64,000 bases of DNA, taken from the NCBI GenBank assembly GCA_031270325.1, contig JAISXW010000020.1, positions 22,581 through 86,580 on the forward strand, given 5' to 3'. The first letter of the stretch is position 1; every line of letters begins with the position of its first letter. This document shows, piece by piece, positions 62,403 to 64,000 of this stretch. The notes under the pieces are model-generated. The model was not told where the DNA came from and did no database searches. It worked only from the letters and a program-made list of their open reading frames with translations. A program made the translations under genes and the position numbers. This stretch comes from Streptococcaceae bacterium. Its GTDB lineage: Bacteria; Bacillota; Bacilli; Lactobacillales; Streptococcaceae.

Positions 62403-64000
62403 TTAATCATTGGACAAGGCTTCGATTGGATTGATCCTAGAGGCTTTACCCGCAGGCATAAGGCTAGCAAACAAGGCGATCGTCATCGCAACCAGCACAC
62501 TGCCGAGAATCGCAGCTCCTGACACTTGAATGATATTGTAATGATCCAGCAAGCTACTAACCGCTGAATTGACACCGAATTGGCCAATGAAGGCCACAGA
62601 AATGGCAAGCGCTGCTGAAGCAAGACCTAAAATCAGGGTCTCAATCACGAAAACCGAGCGAATATCGCCTTTGCGCGCCCCTAAGGCACGCAGAATCCCG
62701 ATTTCTTTGGTTCTTTCAGCGACTGACATGTAAGTCGTAGCAATAATCATCATCAGACTAACCAACAATGAAATACCTGCAATCAGAGCCAAGACAATCG
62801 ACACAATCGACGTAATCGTATTGATTGGTTTGAGCATGGCACCTAATGAGAAGGTCACAAAATCTTTCTTGCCGGCTGTTTGAAGACTCCGGATCTTTTT
62901 AACAACAGCAGTCAGATGGCGACTGTCATCTATCGTTGGGACGATAAAGTTAGGATCACTGACCAGACCATGCGCTTTCAACGCTTTTTGTGTCGTTTTA
63001 AAATTCATGGTCGCCATATTCGTCCCAGGGCTTCCTTTGATAATGCCTGAAACTTTCAGGTTTTGAGAGAAGGTGACTGGCGCACCGTTTGCAGTCATCA
63101 TCTTGTAGTTGAACTGAACCGTTTGACCGACTAGCTTTTTCCAGTTCGTCTTGTCCCACTCTTTCGCAAAGGTATCTGGTATGACCACTTCGTTTTCGCC
63201 TGGTTGATGGCCAACTAAAAGCGAGCTAGCCGTGTTGACTTTCGTCCATGTCTGAAATTCCTTAAAAGATTCCTTGACTGTGCCAATACTTGCGGTCAAC
63301 TCTACTGCCGTCATATCAAAGCCTTTCTCAACTTTTTCGACATGGTCAAGCTTTTCAACTTTCTTGATTAAGGTATCTGAAATCACTGTGTGGCTGCCAT
63401 TAGGATTGGCCATCAGTTGCTGCTGCGTTTCTGCCAAAGCCTCTGCGTTAGACTTGGCGTTATCTTCCGAGACGCGTCTCAAAGCAATCGGGGCATTGGG
63501 ATTGGCTAGATCAGTGATCATCTTATTCATATAACCTTTAGCGCCGTTCCCCAAGCCGAGAAAAAACATGACCGAAAAGAGACCGATGGCAACCCCAATC
63601 ATAATCATCACATTTTGCTTCCAATTGTTCAGGAAATGTTGTGAGGCGATACGAGCCTTAGCGCTGAAAGATAGGGGCTTTGTCTTGAATTCCCGAGACT
63701 GCGTCACGACTTCATAAGCTGGTTTAATCCGTTCGTCAGAGGTAATCTGCCCATCCGCCAAATGCACAATTCGTGTCCCATAAGCTGCCACCTCATGAGA
63801 ATGGGTAACCACGATGACTATTTTGCCGCTTTGGGCAATCTTAGATAAAATATCAAGGACATCTTGTGTATTTTGAGAATCCAACGCCCCTGTTGGTTCA
63901 TCAGCGAGGATAATATCCGGATCATTGGCAAGTGCTCGTGCAATCGCCACACGTTGCTTTTGTCCACCGGACAATTGACTAGGCTTTTTCTTTTTATGGT
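62403..64000 (-). CDS. MacB-type fused ABC ATP-binding/permease protein, 5' part outside the window
   Basis: [26 protein letters not shown]-large loop-[16 protein letters not shown]. Confidence 0.93.
   Translation of the reverse strand, partial: HKKKKPSQLSGGQKQRVAIARALANDPDIILADEPTGALDSQNTQDVLDILSKIAQSGKIVIVVTHSHEVAAYGTRIVHLADGQITSDERIKPAYEVVTQSREFKTKPLSFSAKARIASQHFLNNWKQNVMIMIGVAIGLFSVMFFLGLGNGAKGYMNKMITDLANPNAPIALRRVSEDNAKSNAEALAETQQQLMANPNGSHTVISDTLIKKVEKLDHVEKVEKGFDMTAVELTASIGTVKESFKEFQTWTKVNTASSLLVGHQPGENEVVIPDTFAKEWDKTNWKKLVGQTVQFNYKMMTANGAPVTFSQNLKVSGIIKGSPGTNMATMNFKTTQKALKAHGLVSDPNFIVPTIDDSRHLTAVVKKIRSLQTAGKKDFVTFSLGAMLKPINTITSIVSIVLALIAGISLLVSLMMIIATTYMSVAERTKEIGILRALGARKGDIRSVFVIETLILGLASAALAISVAFIGQFGVNSAVSSLLDHYNIIQVSGAAILGSVLVAMTIALFASLMPAGKASRINPIEALSND

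Overview
A 64-kb chromosomal window from a lactococcus-like Firmicute. Gene content and order suggest Lactococcus/Pseudolactococcus, but that is inference. Most genes are on the minus strand. The housekeeping backbone comprises dprA, pdp-deoC-cdd, tRNA-Gln, trxA, two ABC-F ATPases, rex, radC, an iron-siderophore ABC operon, hprK-lgt, ileS with a T-box, the ftsA-ftsZ-ylmE-sepF-ylmG-ylmH-divIVA cluster, rlmB, priA, rpoZ, gmk, pdxK and truA. The unusual signals are non-coding or regulatory. (1) An (AGCAC)5 repeat lies in a leader ORF that runs through an intrinsic terminator only in the present frame, which suggests a phase-variable attenuator in front of an AT-rich operon of unknown genes. (2) An (AACG)10 tract puts a surface-protein gene out of frame (OFF). 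(3) Several intergenic tandem arrays of unrelated sequence share a 21-22 bp period; one, of 31 mosaic units, is fused to the terminator of a foreign-looking 161-aa gene. (4) A family of modular intergenic repeats is present: a 107-bp TIR element, a BOX-like cassette with 1/4/6/8 palindromic units, and a 150-190 bp structured module. No CRISPR array, cas gene, transposase, integrase or reverse transcriptase was recognised. All family assignments come from motif reading, not database searches.
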